A stretch of DNA of 64,000 bases from Bacillaceae bacterium (GCA_051873875.1 JBJEFI010000060.1:2471-66470); one strand, 5' to 3'. Positions 32,118 through 41,282 are shown, counted from the stretch's first letter. Numbers and translations: made by a program. The notes: generated from the sequence alone by a model not told the origin.

Positions 32118-33206
32118 TCAATATTCAGAACCATCAGGATATACCTTCTCTTTTTCTTCTTCTCGTAGGACGCGAAGGCAACCTTCTACTAAGGCCTGTA
32201 ATTCATTTTCACCTGGATAAATGATGACATCACAAATCCATTGCACATAAGAAATTATTTCTTTCGTTAAATAATCGCTATATGCTAGATTACCTGTTAA
32301 AATGATGCCATCAATTTGCCCTTTCAATACTACACTGCAACGACCTATTTCTTTGCTAATGTTATAGGCCATCGCATCATAAATTAATTTGGTGTACGTA
32401 TCGCCTTGTTGAATTTTTCTCTCGATTTCATCTTTATCACTTGTACCTAAATACCCTACTAATCCAGCTTTTTCAACAAGCTGCTTTATTATTTCTTCGT
32501 AGCAATATTTCCCACTATAGCATAAATCAATTAAGTCTCTAATTGGCATCGTACCTGCACGTTCAAGACTAAAAGGTCCCTCTCCAGCTATGCCATTATT
32601 CACATCTACTACTTTTCCATACGCATGAACACCAACGGTAATACCTTTCCCCATATGAACAACAATATAGCGGACATCTTCATAGTTCTTCCCTTGATTC
32701 TTTGCTACTTTTTTGGCAATTGCTTTATGATTCAAGGCATGAAAAATACTTTTTCGTTCCACTTCAGGAAATCCGCTAATTCGAGCAATATCTGTTAATT
32801 CATCTACGACTACAGGATCAACAATAAAGGATGGAATATTTAACCCCATCGCAATTTCATCTGCCAAAATAGCGCCTAAATTGGAAGGGTGATAACTGTT
32901 ATTTCCTTCTTTTAAATCCTTTATCATTTCTTCATTAATCCGATAAGTGCCACCTTGAATGGGACGTAGTAAACCACCTCGTCCGCAAACAGCGTGTAAC
33001 TTAGATAAGTTAATCCCTTCTTCATCTAATGTTTCTAATATTATTTTTTTACGAAATTTATCTTGTTCAAGAATGGACGAAAATGTTGTTAATGCTTCTT
33101 CCTGATGATGGATTGTTTTTTTTAACATACATTGTTCATTCTCAAATACTCCAATTTTTGTTGAATGATTACTAGGGTTAATGACCAATATACGATAGTG
33201 AGGCAC
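32118..33206 (-). CDS. buk: Butyrate (branched-chain fatty acid) kinase
   Basis: 362 aa of the acetate/butyrate kinase family ([17 protein letters not shown]-terminus), in operon context. Confidence 0.9.
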   Translation of the reverse strand: MPHYRILVINPSNHSTKIGVFENEQCMLKKTIHHQEEALTTFSSILEQDKFRKKIILETLDEEGINLSKLHAVCGRGGLLRPIQGGTYRINEEMIKDLKEGNNSYHPSNLGAILADEIAMGLNIPSFIVDPVVVDELTDIARISGFPEVERKSIFHALNHKAIAKKVAKNQGKNYEDVRYIVVHMGKGITVGVHAYGKVVDVNNGIAGEGPFSLERAGTMPIRDLIDLCYSGKYCYEEIIKQLVEKAGLVGYLGTSDKDEIERKIQQGDTYTKLIYDAMAYNISKEIGRCSVVLKGQIDGIILTGNLAYSDYLTKEIISYVQWICDVIIYPGENELQALVEGCLRVLREEEKEKVYPDGSEY

Positions 33207-33226
33207 GTTTGGTTTCCACCCTATTC

Positions 33227-34330
33227 TTATCGATTTAAGCGATGACTTAAAATATGATGTGGATTCGTTAAAAATTGACTTCTAGCATTACGAACACTTG
33301 AAATCCGTTCTTCTGCTAATCGATCTGCTGCTAAGTAAGTTGGAATATTGTCACGTTTAGCAATCTCAATTACTTTGGCAATATTATCATAGATTCCCTC
33401 TACTTTTTTCATTGCCCGTTCACGATTATATCCATACAATTCATCGGCAACGTTAATTACACCACCAGCATTAATAACATAGTCTGGGGCATAAATAATT
33501 CCTAATTCAGAAATCATGTCTCCATGACGAGCTTCTTTTAATTGATTATTGGCGGCTCCTGCAATCACTTTACATTTCAATTTTGAAATTGTATTGTCAT
33601 TGATTGTTGCACCTAGCGCACATGGTGCATAAATATCACATTCGACATCATAAATATCAGCAGGATCGACAGCCACTGCACGAAACTCATTTACAACGCG
33701 TTTTACAGCTTCTTCATTAATGTCTGTAACAATTAGTTTCGCACCTTCTTCATGTAAATAACGGCATAAATTATATGCCACATTCCCTACACCTTGAACA
33801 GCAATCGTCTTTCCTTCCAATAAATCTGTTCCGAAAGCCTCTTTCGCCGCTGCCTTCATCCCGCGATAAACACCGTAAGCTGTCACTGGGGATGGATTTC
33901 CTGATGAGCCAAAGGATGGAGAAATTCCTGTTACGAAATCTGTTTCTTCATGAATAATATCCATATCATCCACTGTCGTGCCTACATCTTCAGCGGTAAT
34001 ATAACGGCCGTTTAATCCTTGAATATAGCGGCCAAATGCTCGAAACATTGCTTCATTTTTATCTTTACGTGGATCACCAATAATAACTGTTTTGCCACCG
34101 CCTAAATTTAACCCGGCAGCTGCATTTTTATAGGTCATACCTTTTGCTAAACGAAGGGCATCTTCAATCGCATCTTCTTCTGAAGCATATGTCCACATTC
34201 TTGTCCCCCCAAGAGCTGGACCTAATGTTGTATCATGAATCGCAATAATTGCTTTTAATCCCGATTCCTTATCTTGACAAAATACTAATTGCTCATAATC
34301 ATACGTTTCCATATACTTAAAAATTTCCAT
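33227..34330 (-). CDS. bcd: Leucine (branched-chain amino acid) dehydrogenase
   Basis: The start is moved to ATG 34330 ([17 protein letters not shown]...GGTRMW), which has a GGAGGG RBS. The 48-codon upstream extension in the track is Cys/Arg-rich and has no RBS. Confidence 0.92.
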   Translation of the reverse strand: MEIFKYMETYDYEQLVFCQDKESGLKAIIAIHDTTLGPALGGTRMWTYASEEDAIEDALRLAKGMTYKNAAAGLNLGGGKTVIIGDPRKDKNEAMFRAFGRYIQGLNGRYITAEDVGTTVDDMDIIHEETDFVTGISPSFGSSGNPSPVTAYGVYRGMKAAAKEAFGTDLLEGKTIAVQGVGNVAYNLCRYLHEEGAKLIVTDINEEAVKRVVNEFRAVAVDPADIYDVECDIYAPCALGATINDNTISKLKCKVIAGAANNQLKEARHGDMISELGIIYAPDYVINAGGVINVADELYGYNRERAMKKVEGIYDNIAKVIEIAKRDNIPTYLAADRLAEERISSVRNARSQFLTNPHHILSHRLNR

Positions 34331-34832
34331 CGGTAATTCCCTCCATTTTCTACTACTTCTACTGCTAATACTAACGAATATACTTTTGTTTTTGCACCAT
34401 CTAAACAAGATGTTAACACAATTGGCACATTTGCAACGATGAGGATTTCTTTGCTTTATATACAAAAAACACATGACTTTTGCCTAAAAAATAACTATGT
34501 CAATTATATATGCTACTAACTGAGGTTCAGTCACTAGGCAACTAGCAATCTCTTTTCTTTAAGATAAAAAATCTCTTCCATGCAAATAGACCATGGTAAA
34601 TTATGTCCCTTAATTTCTCAAAATCTATTATTTTTTGAAATTAACGCTTTAATTTACTTCGACAGAATAAACCCTTTTTCTCTTGTAGAGAAATCGTGCA
34701 ATTTTTTCCCGATGGCTTACCTACAAAAAGAAGTTATTTTGCATCACAATTAAATAGCTCATTGTAACAACACTTGTCTAATCTTCTAATTTACACTTCT
34801 TTTGTCCCTTTAACCACCTTCATTTTCCATTA

Positions 34833-34848
34833 TGCAAAATTCGTGCCA
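34833..34848 (-). promoter_or_regulatory. Sigma-54 (SigL) -24/-12 promoter of the bkd operon
   Basis: The minus strand reads TGGCACGAATTTTGCA, an exact match to TGGCAC-N5-TTGCA. It is located 49 nt downstream of the stop of the sigma-54 activator gene bkdR. Confidence 0.85.
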
Positions 34849-34897
34849 AACAATAAATCAAATATGAACAATAATTGACAGATTAAAGTGTGCAATT

Positions 34898-36352
34898 TTA
34901 TTCACAGTCCGCAACTATTTGCATGCCATTTTTTTCATGGTTATATTTATCGAGCTTGTAATATAAGTTTCGAACAGATATCCCTAGTGAATTCGCAGCC
35001 TTCGTTTTGTTACCATCAAAATAAGCAATCCGTTTTTCAATTATTTTTTGTTCAAACCCATTTACTTCTTCTTCTAATTTACTAAATACCGTTCTTTGTT
35101 CTTCTTTCCTTGGTGACGATAATTTTTCCGTCATGATTCCTTGTAAATCTTGTATTTTCATAACTGTTTCATTGTAATCCATAAAAATAATTGCTCGAGC
35201 TAAAATATTTTCTAATTCTCGAACATTTCCAGGATATTGTTGTTCTACTAAAAAACGAAGTGCCTCTGGTGAAATAGCTTCTATATTTCTTCCGTAATCT
35301 TGATTAATCTTTTGCAAAAGTTTACTTGCAATCGTCGGAATGTCTTCTTTTCGATGTCTTAATGGTGGAATGACAATTGGGATTTTATTCAAACGATAAT
35401 ATAAATCCTCTCGAAATGTTCCTTCCGCCACCGCTTTTTCTAAATTACGATTTGTTGCTGTAATAACACGTACATTAATTAAAATTGGTTTATTTCCACC
35501 AACTCGAATAATTTCTTTTTCCTGCAATACTCGAAGTAACTTCGCTTGCGTATACAAAGGAAGTTCTCCTATTTCATCTAAAAAAATACTCCCATTATTG
35601 GCCTCTTCAAAAAAACCCCGTTTTCCACCGCGTTTTGCACCTGTAAACGCTCCTTCTTCATAACCAAATAACTCACTTTCCAATAGTGAACCTGAAATAG
35701 CTGCACAATTCACCCGAATAAACTTGTTATATTTTCGATCACTATCGTTATGAATAGCATGTGCAAAAAGCTCTTTTCCCGTTCCTGATTCACCTCGAAG
35801 TAATACTGTCACGGGAGTCCGTGCAGCTAGCTTTGCTTGTTCGATTGCAGCTTTTATCATTTCTGATTCGCCTGCAATATCCGCAAATGTATATTTTGCT
35901 TCTAATGTTCGAATAATTTGTCTTGCTCGATTTAATTCTTTCGTTAATTGCTGGATTTCTGAAACATCATGAATAATTCCAACACTTCCTCTTAAAATTC
36001 CGTCTACAATAACAGGTGCAACATTTACTAGAACATCTCGTTTGTTTGGTCCTACCTTCATTCTAGCTCCTCTCATCGGCCGACGTGTTCGCAACACTTC
36101 CATATGAACACTTTCTCCTTCTGAAATATCTATAGTTGCTGGTTTTCCAATTACATCTTCTGACGTTAAACCTGTTAACTTTGTGTATGCTTGATTGATT
36201 AATATCCCCTTACCATTTTCATCTACAACGGAGATTGCTTCTTCTGAAGATTGAATAATCGCTTCTAGCATCGACTTAATTTCTTTTTCATTATGTACCA
36301 CCTTGGTTTCCCCCTTTATCCAACATAAGCTTCCCTCATCTAAAATAGCCAT
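34898..36352 (-). CDS. bkdR: Sigma-54-dependent transcriptional activator (BkdR-like; PAS + AAA+ + HTH)
   Basis: 484 aa with a PAS-like N-terminus, Walker A GESGTGKE, the GAFTGA motif and a C-terminal Fis-type HTH ([16 protein letters not shown]). Confidence 0.9.
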   Translation of the reverse strand: MAILDEGSLCWIKGETKVVHNEKEIKSMLEAIIQSSEEAISVVDENGKGILINQAYTKLTGLTSEDVIGKPATIDISEGESVHMEVLRTRRPMRGARMKVGPNKRDVLVNVAPVIVDGILRGSVGIIHDVSEIQQLTKELNRARQIIRTLEAKYTFADIAGESEMIKAAIEQAKLAARTPVTVLLRGESGTGKELFAHAIHNDSDRKYNKFIRVNCAAISGSLLESELFGYEEGAFTGAKRGGKRGFFEEANNGSIFLDEIGELPLYTQAKLLRVLQEKEIIRVGGNKPILINVRVITATNRNLEKAVAEGTFREDLYYRLNKIPIVIPPLRHRKEDIPTIASKLLQKINQDYGRNIEAISPEALRFLVEQQYPGNVRELENILARAIIFMDYNETVMKIQDLQGIMTEKLSSPRKEEQRTVFSKLEEEVNGFEQKIIEKRIAYFDGNKTKAANSLGISVRNLYYKLDKYNHEKNGMQIVADCE

Positions 36353-36484
36353 TTGCCCTTATTATAATACATTCATTTCTCTTTTTTGCTTTATTCACCC
36401 TTGAAACATTCAAGCTAAAATACTTGAAAAAAAAGAGTATTTCAAACATTATATAAATATACAGTTATGAAAGGGGGTATTTAC

Positions 36485-36736
36485 ATGCAGCGCATTGTCG
36501 CACTTTTGTTAGCAGCATTCCCCATATTCCTCGCGATGCTCGGATTTAAATGGATGAGGGACTCTGTTTTTGCTATTTTAAACCCAATATTCCCTTCTGT
36601 TTTCCTTCAATTTATTTGTGCGCTTTTTTTGTTTCTCTTTGGTATTTACTTGTTCGCAAGCTTTATCCTACATCGAGACCGTAAACGTAATAAAGTCCAA
36701 AAACGATTTCAACAAAAGCAAAAAACTGACGCCTAA
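36485..36736 (+). CDS. Small membrane protein, YqzF-like (DUF2627-type)
   Basis: The start is moved to ATG 36485 (MQRIVALLLAAFP), behind an AAAGGGGG RBS. It has two TM helices and a basic tail. Confidence 0.65.
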   Translation: MQRIVALLLAAFPIFLAMLGFKWMRDSVFAILNPIFPSVFLQFICALFLFLFGIYLFASFILHRDRKRNKVQKRFQQKQKTDA

Positions 36737-36748
36737 AACGTCAGTTTT
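36722..36748. terminator. Bidirectional terminator overlapping both convergent stop codons
   Basis: AAAACTGACG ... CGTCAGTTTT. Confidence 0.75.
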
Positions 36749-37469
36749 CTAGTTTATATGTCCATAACACTGCCTTCTTCGGATAATCTGTTATAATGCC
36801 ACTTACATGCAATGCACACATTTCACCTAATCCTTTATCTGTATTCACTGTATATACACGAATATCCAAATCACTTTCTAAAAAATGCTTTATATCTTTT
36901 TCCTTTACATGTTTAAAATTTGTATGAATGGCTTTTGCACCATGAAGTTTTACATACTCGGTAGGATTATTCATTACTCTTGTGGAAATAAGTGCTGTTT
37001 CAATGTCACTTGCTAACTGATGGCATTTCCACATGCTTTCATGATTAAAGGAAGATAAAATAACTCGATCTTCATATCCATACTTTCTCGTTAAATTAAT
37101 GACACTTTCTTCTAATCCATAATAGTTAATAACATTATTTTTTAATTCTACATTTATCATTAAATCATTATTTAAAGCCCACTCATATACTTCTTGTAAC
37201 ATAGGAATTGTTGTCTTTCCTACTTTATTAACAAATTTGTGAGAGGCATTTAAACGTTGAAGTTCTTCATATGTGTATTGTTTAACTAATCCACTTCCAT
37301 TTGTCGTCCGATCCACTGTCTCATCGTGAATAACTGCGAGTATATTGTCCTTTGTCAATTGTACATCTAACTCGATTGCATCTGCCCCTTCACGCCATGC
37401 TGCTTCAAAAGAGAGCATTGTATTTTCCGGAAAGTTCCCTGCCGCTCCGCGATGTCCAAAAATTTTCAT
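36741..37469 (-). CDS. Glycerophosphodiester phosphodiesterase (YqiK-like)
   Basis: Has the GDPD motifs FGHRGA and ELDV. The start is moved to ATG 37469 (MKIFGHRG), which has a GGTGGAAGGG RBS. Confidence 0.88.
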   Translation of the reverse strand: MKIFGHRGAAGNFPENTMLSFEAAWREGADAIELDVQLTKDNILAVIHDETVDRTTNGSGLVKQYTYEELQRLNASHKFVNKVGKTTIPMLQEVYEWALNNDLMINVELKNNVINYYGLEESVINLTRKYGYEDRVILSSFNHESMWKCHQLASDIETALISTRVMNNPTEYVKLHGAKAIHTNFKHVKEKDIKHFLESDLDIRVYTVNTDKGLGEMCALHVSGIITDYPKKAVLWTYKLEN

Positions 37470-37544
37470 CCCTTCCACCTCTAAGTGTTTACTCTAAACC
37501 CTTTTCATTGCTATACTGTATCATATTGATAAAGGAGGGATTTT

Positions 37545-37691
37545 ATGAGACCTTTACAACTATCACCTGAAACAGCCATTAAACTTGCAAAAGAATTAAA
37601 TGTTCCACTAGAACAATTAATGCATATGCCACAACACATCTTAGTTCGCAAGCTAATGGAATTAGAAAGTAAAAAAGAATCGAAGGAGTAA
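37545..37691 (+). CDS. 48-aa predicted helical protein (unlisted; hypothetical)
   Basis: AAAGGAGGG lies 5-6 nt upstream of ATG 37545. The translation is MRPLQLSPETAIKLAKELNVPLEQLMHMPQHILVRKLMELESKKESKE*. No family was recognised. Confidence 0.55.
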   Translation: MRPLQLSPETAIKLAKELNVPLEQLMHMPQHILVRKLMELESKKESKE

Positions 37692-37743
37692 TCCTTTGAT
37701 TCTTTAACACGTACGTATATTCCAGTCTAAAAGGAGCGTTGAT

Positions 37744-38063
37744 ATGGATACTACTCAAATATATAAATATACAATCGTAAAAGCAAAATGTAATCATACA
37801 GGCGAATATATCGCACTCGTTCCCGTATTTCATAATGGATTTGAATATACACGTGCCTATGGCTTTACAGAAATAGATTACACAAAAATTTAACTGATTT
37901 GCTAACAGAAGAAATCCATTACTATAAAGATAATAATTTAGAACTTCCCATTGATCATTATATCCCATCAATCGATGCAGCTAATTATCTTCCTTTCGAT
38001 GAATTAGAAGATGGAGATTTCTATGAAGAAATTTCTGTTACTATCCACTTTGTTACCTGTTAA
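37744..38063 (+). pseudogene. Frameshifted ORF of about 106 codons (two halves in different frames joined at an A5 run)
   Basis: An AAGGAG RBS precedes ATG 37744. Frame 1 gives MDTTQIYKYTIVKAKCNHTGEYIALVPVFHNGFEYTRAYGFTEIDYTKI*, with its stop at 37891. The overlapping frame continues from 37887 as NLTDLLTEEIHYYKDNNLELPIDHYIPSIDAANYLPFDELEDGDFYEEISVTIHFVTC*, ending at 38063. One extra A in the run at 37884-37888 would fuse the two halves. Confidence 0.55.
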
Positions 38064-38157
38064 ACATTCATAGAAATCATTGTTGCGAAACAAAAAATGA
38101 TATTCCATCCTATTTTTCTTTATTACGTAAAAGGTACGAATATAACTTAAAATAAAA

Positions 38158-38685
38158 TTAATCTGCTCTTAATTTTAACTCCATAAATATTGCTCCCTCG
38201 ATTGGGTTATATATGTATGGTTCAATATGATAGAATCCCATTGAAGAATATAAACTATGGGCTTTTGTTAGCGTTGAAAGTGTATTAAGTCTCATATAAT
38301 CATAATGAAGCTTTGATGCTACTTCAATCACCATCTCAACAAGACGTTTACCAATTTTTAAACCTCTGTACGAATCGCGAACATATAGTCTTTTCATTTC
38401 ACATATCCCTTCAGAAAGCTTTCGAAGGGCAACACAGCCTGCTGCTTTCCCATCAACTAAGGTTAATAGTAAAATACCATCTGGTACTCCATACTTTCCT
38501 GGCAATTCTTTAAATTCTATTTCAAAATCTTGAAAAGCAAGATCGATTCCAAGCGATTTTGCATATTCTAGAAATAGTTTTTTCACATCTTCTAACTCGC
38601 TTACATCTTGAGCTGTTACATACTTGAATTCAAGCATACATTCCATTTCATTAACTATCTTATCCACCTTATTTCTCCCCCACAT
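38158..38685 (-). CDS. GNAT-family N-acetyltransferase
   Basis: Acetyl-CoA binding segment RGLKIGKRLVE with GNAT beta4-alpha3 topology. The start is uncertain; GTG at 38664 behind GGGGGAGA is plausible. Confidence 0.85.
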   Translation of the reverse strand: MWGRNKVDKIVNEMECMLEFKYVTAQDVSELEDVKKLFLEYAKSLGIDLAFQDFEIEFKELPGKYGVPDGILLLTLVDGKAAGCVALRKLSEGICEMKRLYVRDSYRGLKIGKRLVEMVIEVASKLHYDYMRLNTLSTLTKAHSLYSSMGFYHIEPYIYNPIEGAIFMELKLRAD

Positions 38686-38835
38686 CCACCCTGTTGTTCA
38701 GAATTAAAAATTGGGTTATATTTTCACTTCTTGTTTAATTAAATTATACATGATTTCTTACCTATTTCATTTATGTAATTAGCTTTCATCGTTTAATAAA
38801 TTTAGATTAGTTAGATAGAAAATGGGAGGTCTCTT

Positions 38836-39315
38836 ATGTCAACTATAAAAATAATAAAAATAAATGCAGAGAACTGGCGCGAAGCACTTGCACTCTCTGT
38901 ACATGATGAGCAACAAAAATATGTTGCTTCTGTTACACCCCCCGTTGCAATTGCACTTGCAAAAGCATATATCAAACCAGATGGAAAAGTAGTAGAACCA
39001 TACGGTATTTACAATCAAAATCAAATAGTGGGATTCTTCAACCTGCACTATACACCTAAAAGCAAAGATGATTATTGGCTTTTTCATTTTTTTATTGATA
39101 AAAAATTTCAAAGAAATGGATTCGGTTCTAAAGCTCTCACTGAAATAATCAAGCATATTAAACATACTAATCCTTCTTTTCAACGACTGCGCTTAACGGT
39201 TCATCCTGAAAATGATGCCGGAAAATCATTTTATACGAAATTTGGATTTACGGACGATCATGTTTTAACATTTGATGAACCAACTTTTTCTTATCTAAGA
39301 ATAGAGCAAGATTAA
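38836..39315 (+). CDS. GNAT-family N-acetyltransferase (diamine/spermidine acetyltransferase-like)
   Basis: 159 aa with the QRNGFGSKAL acetyl-CoA motif and a GGGAGG RBS. Confidence 0.85.
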   Translation: MSTIKIIKINAENWREALALSVHDEQQKYVASVTPPVAIALAKAYIKPDGKVVEPYGIYNQNQIVGFFNLHYTPKSKDDYWLFHFFIDKKFQRNGFGSKALTEIIKHIKHTNPSFQRLRLTVHPENDAGKSFYTKFGFTDDHVLTFDEPTFSYLRIEQD

Positions 39316-39333
39316 AAAATAGTATAAATTTGA

Positions 39334-39377
39334 AAAGAACATGTTTAAAAAATTATTCAAAACATGTTCTTTTTTAT
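39334..39377 (+). terminator. Terminator after the second GNAT gene
   Basis: AAAGAACATGTT ... AACATGTTCTTT followed by a T-run. Confidence 0.8.
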
Positions 39378-39669
39378 TGTGTTTGATTAACTTCTTTATA
39401 AAAGTTCTTAATAATCTTTTCGATAACTAAACAAAAAAAGAATACCAATCATGATAGTATTCTTTTACTTCTTACTCATTTAAAACTCAATAATTTTATA
39501 TTGTAATTCTTCGGAAACATAATAAGTTAGACAAAGCGCTAAATCTTTAAAAAATTTGAACGAAACAGGCTTTTCGCCTATTCCACAAACACCTAGATAA
39601 CATAAATTATTAAAGATTGTAATACTTAACACATTTTCGTGATTTTATTAAAAAGATAGGAGTGGTACT

Positions 39670-39930
39670 TTGCATAACCAATACAATGATTATTATCGAT
39701 CCCCTCAGCCAAGTGGTTATTTCAACCTTGGACAACAAACGTTTGATGTAATAAACCCGGTTATAACTCATGCAATATTAGAAGTCCAAGAATCAGGTTA
39801 TCAATACGCACTAACAGAAGCAGTCGCCATGGGTTATCTGATGGGAAAAGGCTATGATTATAATACTGCTTGGAACATTGTAAAATCTTGGTTAGGACCC
39901 CCAGGTATACCATTGCCTATTTCGTATTAA
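39670..39930 (+). CDS. Hypothetical 86-aa Tyr/Gly/Pro-rich protein (TTG start)
   Basis: TAGGAGTGG lies about 8 nt upstream of TTG 39670. A clean terminator follows. No family was recognised. Confidence 0.5.
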   Translation: MHNQYNDYYRSPQPSGYFNLGQQTFDVINPVITHAILEVQESGYQYALTEAVAMGYLMGKGYDYNTAWNIVKSWLGPPGIPLPISY

Positions 39931-39972
39931 AATTGACATCAGCTATTTGAATAAAGACTTTTCAACCTTCTT

Positions 39973-39998
39973 GCAGTCATTTTCATGACTGCTTTTTT
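39973..39998 (+). terminator. Terminator after the 86-aa ORF
   Basis: GCAGTCAT-TTTC-ATGACTGC followed by TTTTTT. Confidence 0.8.
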
Positions 39999-40153
39999 AT
40001 ACTTTCATCCATTCTTTTAAGAGTGTTCACTCTGTTTTTTCCATACTTGAATGACTACGTTTAAATAACCTCTCCTTTTTTAATCATCACTGTCATTTCA
40101 TAAAAAATACGTTTCTTTTTCGTAAAATAGACAAACACCACTTTTTAGATAAT

Positions 40154-40194
40154 TAAAAAAGTGCCGACGAATCAGAATAATTCATTGGCACTTT
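40154..40194 (-). terminator. Probable spo0A terminator
   Basis: AAAGTGCC ... GGCACTTT hairpin with a U-run on the minus strand, about 110 nt after the spo0A stop. Confidence 0.55.
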
Positions 40195-40304
40195 ATAAGA
40201 AATTTATACGCTTTATAGTAAACGTTTATAATTCGTTTTCCAATTATTTATTGCATTCTTCGAAGTTCACAAAAGTCTTGCTATGCTTAACTTGTATAAA
40301 CTTT

Positions 40305-41096
40305 TTATGATACCTTATGCTCTAAACGTAATTTATCAGCAACCATGGCGATAAACTCACTATTAGTTGGTTTTGCTTTTGTCATGGATACTGTATAGCC
40401 AAATAAAGTCGAAATGCTTTCCATGTTACCACGACTCCACGCTACTTCAATCGCATGACGAATTGCACGTTCAACACGAGATGCTGTTGTGTTGTATTTT
40501 TTAGCGATGTCTGGATAAAGAACTTTTGTAATGGAGCCTAACAGCTCAATGTCATTGTAAACCATTGTAATAGCCTCTCTTAAGTATAAATACCCTTTAA
40601 TATGAGCAGGAACGCCAATCTCATGAATAATCGTCGTAATACTTGCATCTAGGTTTTTAGGCTTGCTGTGATCAAATACTGGGCGATAAGATGGCATATT
40701 TACTTTCGAAATAAGAAGTTCTTTTCCTGCTACACTACGAATTTGAGATGCTAAGTTTTCCATATCAAATGGTTTTAGCACAAAATAAGAAGCACCTAGT
40801 TCAACCGCTTTTTTCGTCACATCCTCTTGTCCAAAGGCAGTTAACATGATAACATGCGGCATCTTTTCCAATTCACTGTCACGCAGTTTATTTAACAGCG
40901 CAAGTCCATCCATATGTGGCATAATAATATCCAAAATTAGAACATCTGGCTTCTTATCTTTCACTAATGTTAAACAATCTTGACCATTGTATACCCCACC
41001 TACAAATTCAAGATCTGGTTGTGTTGCAATAAAGGATTGAAACATTGTTACCAATTCTCTATTGTCATCAGCAATACAAACACGAATATTCTCCAT
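40305..41096 (-). CDS. spo0A: Sporulation master response regulator Spo0A
   Basis: Has a receiver domain ([14 protein letters not shown]) and the highly conserved Spo0A C-terminal DNA-binding domain ([12 protein letters not shown]...[15 protein letters not shown]). The start is moved to ATG 41096 ([12 protein letters not shown]), which has a GGGGGAGA RBS. Confidence 0.97.
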   Translation of the reverse strand: MENIRVCIADDNRELVTMFQSFIATQPDLEFVGGVYNGQDCLTLVKDKKPDVLILDIIMPHMDGLALLNKLRDSELEKMPHVIMLTAFGQEDVTKKAVELGASYFVLKPFDMENLASQIRSVAGKELLISKVNMPSYRPVFDHSKPKNLDASITTIIHEIGVPAHIKGYLYLREAITMVYNDIELLGSITKVLYPDIAKKYNTTASRVERAIRHAIEVAWSRGNMESISTLFGYTVSMTKAKPTNSEFIAMVADKLRLEHKVS

Positions 41097-41161
41097 CTTT
41101 TCTCCCCCAAAATCATATTTTTCCCCTACATTCAAAACAATCTGCTCCTGTTATGTAATCT

Positions 41162-41190
41162 AATTTCGACACAAACGTTGCAAATCCTAT
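41162..41190 (-). promoter_or_regulatory. Candidate sigma-H promoter (Ps-like) of spo0A
   Basis: The minus strand reads ATAGGATTT-N11-GTCGAAATT, compared with RNAGGAWWW-N11-12-RNNGAATWW. The -35 is exact and the -10 has one mismatch. Confidence 0.45.
41165..41171 (-). promoter_or_regulatory. 0A box (TGTCGAA)
   Basis: Exact consensus heptamer on the minus strand, overlapping the candidate sigma-H -10 element. Confidence 0.5.
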
Positions 41191-41253
41191 AATTTATTAT
41201 AAATTTAAATGAAAATTGTTAAAATAAAAAAAAATCATCTTTATACGCATCAT

Positions 41254-41260
41254 TTCGACG
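41254..41260 (-). promoter_or_regulatory. 0A-box-like element (CGTCGAA)
   Basis: 6/7 match on the minus strand in the spo0A upstream region. Confidence 0.35.
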
Positions 41261-41275
41261 TTCTCATTTTTCTTT

Positions 41276-41282
41276 TGTCGAA
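41276..41282 (+). promoter_or_regulatory. 0A box (TGTCGAA)
   Basis: Exact consensus heptamer on the plus strand, 16 nt from the previous element. Confidence 0.45.

Noticed and set aside
34422-34436. Second TGGCAC...TTGCA-like sequence (TTGGCACATTTGCAA, plus strand) just upstream of bcd
   Set aside because: The GG-to-GC spacing is 3 nt too short for a sigma-54 -24/-12 element, and it points away from bcd.
34331-34832. Possible ptb remnant or T-box in the bkd leader
   Set aside because: Three-frame reading gave no Ptb-like peptide. The only GGTGGT-containing stretch sits at the 5' end of the leader, not before a terminator, and no specifier or antiterminator structure was evident. The interval is kept as a finding only because it has no ORF.
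37579-37971. 130-aa minus-strand ORF in the track (MMGYNDQWEVLNYYLYSNGFLL...)
   Set aside because: It has no RBS and an odd Cys/Tyr/Phe/Ile-rich composition. It overlaps two plus-strand ORFs that each have strong RBSs. It is most likely an AT-rich antisense artefact.
38158-39315. The GNAT pair as a GNAT-toxin/antitoxin or resistance cassette
   Set aside because: No small RHH/DUF1778-type partner ORF is adjacent. The two genes are divergently transcribed with separate promoters. Their sequences look like ordinary metabolic acetyltransferases.
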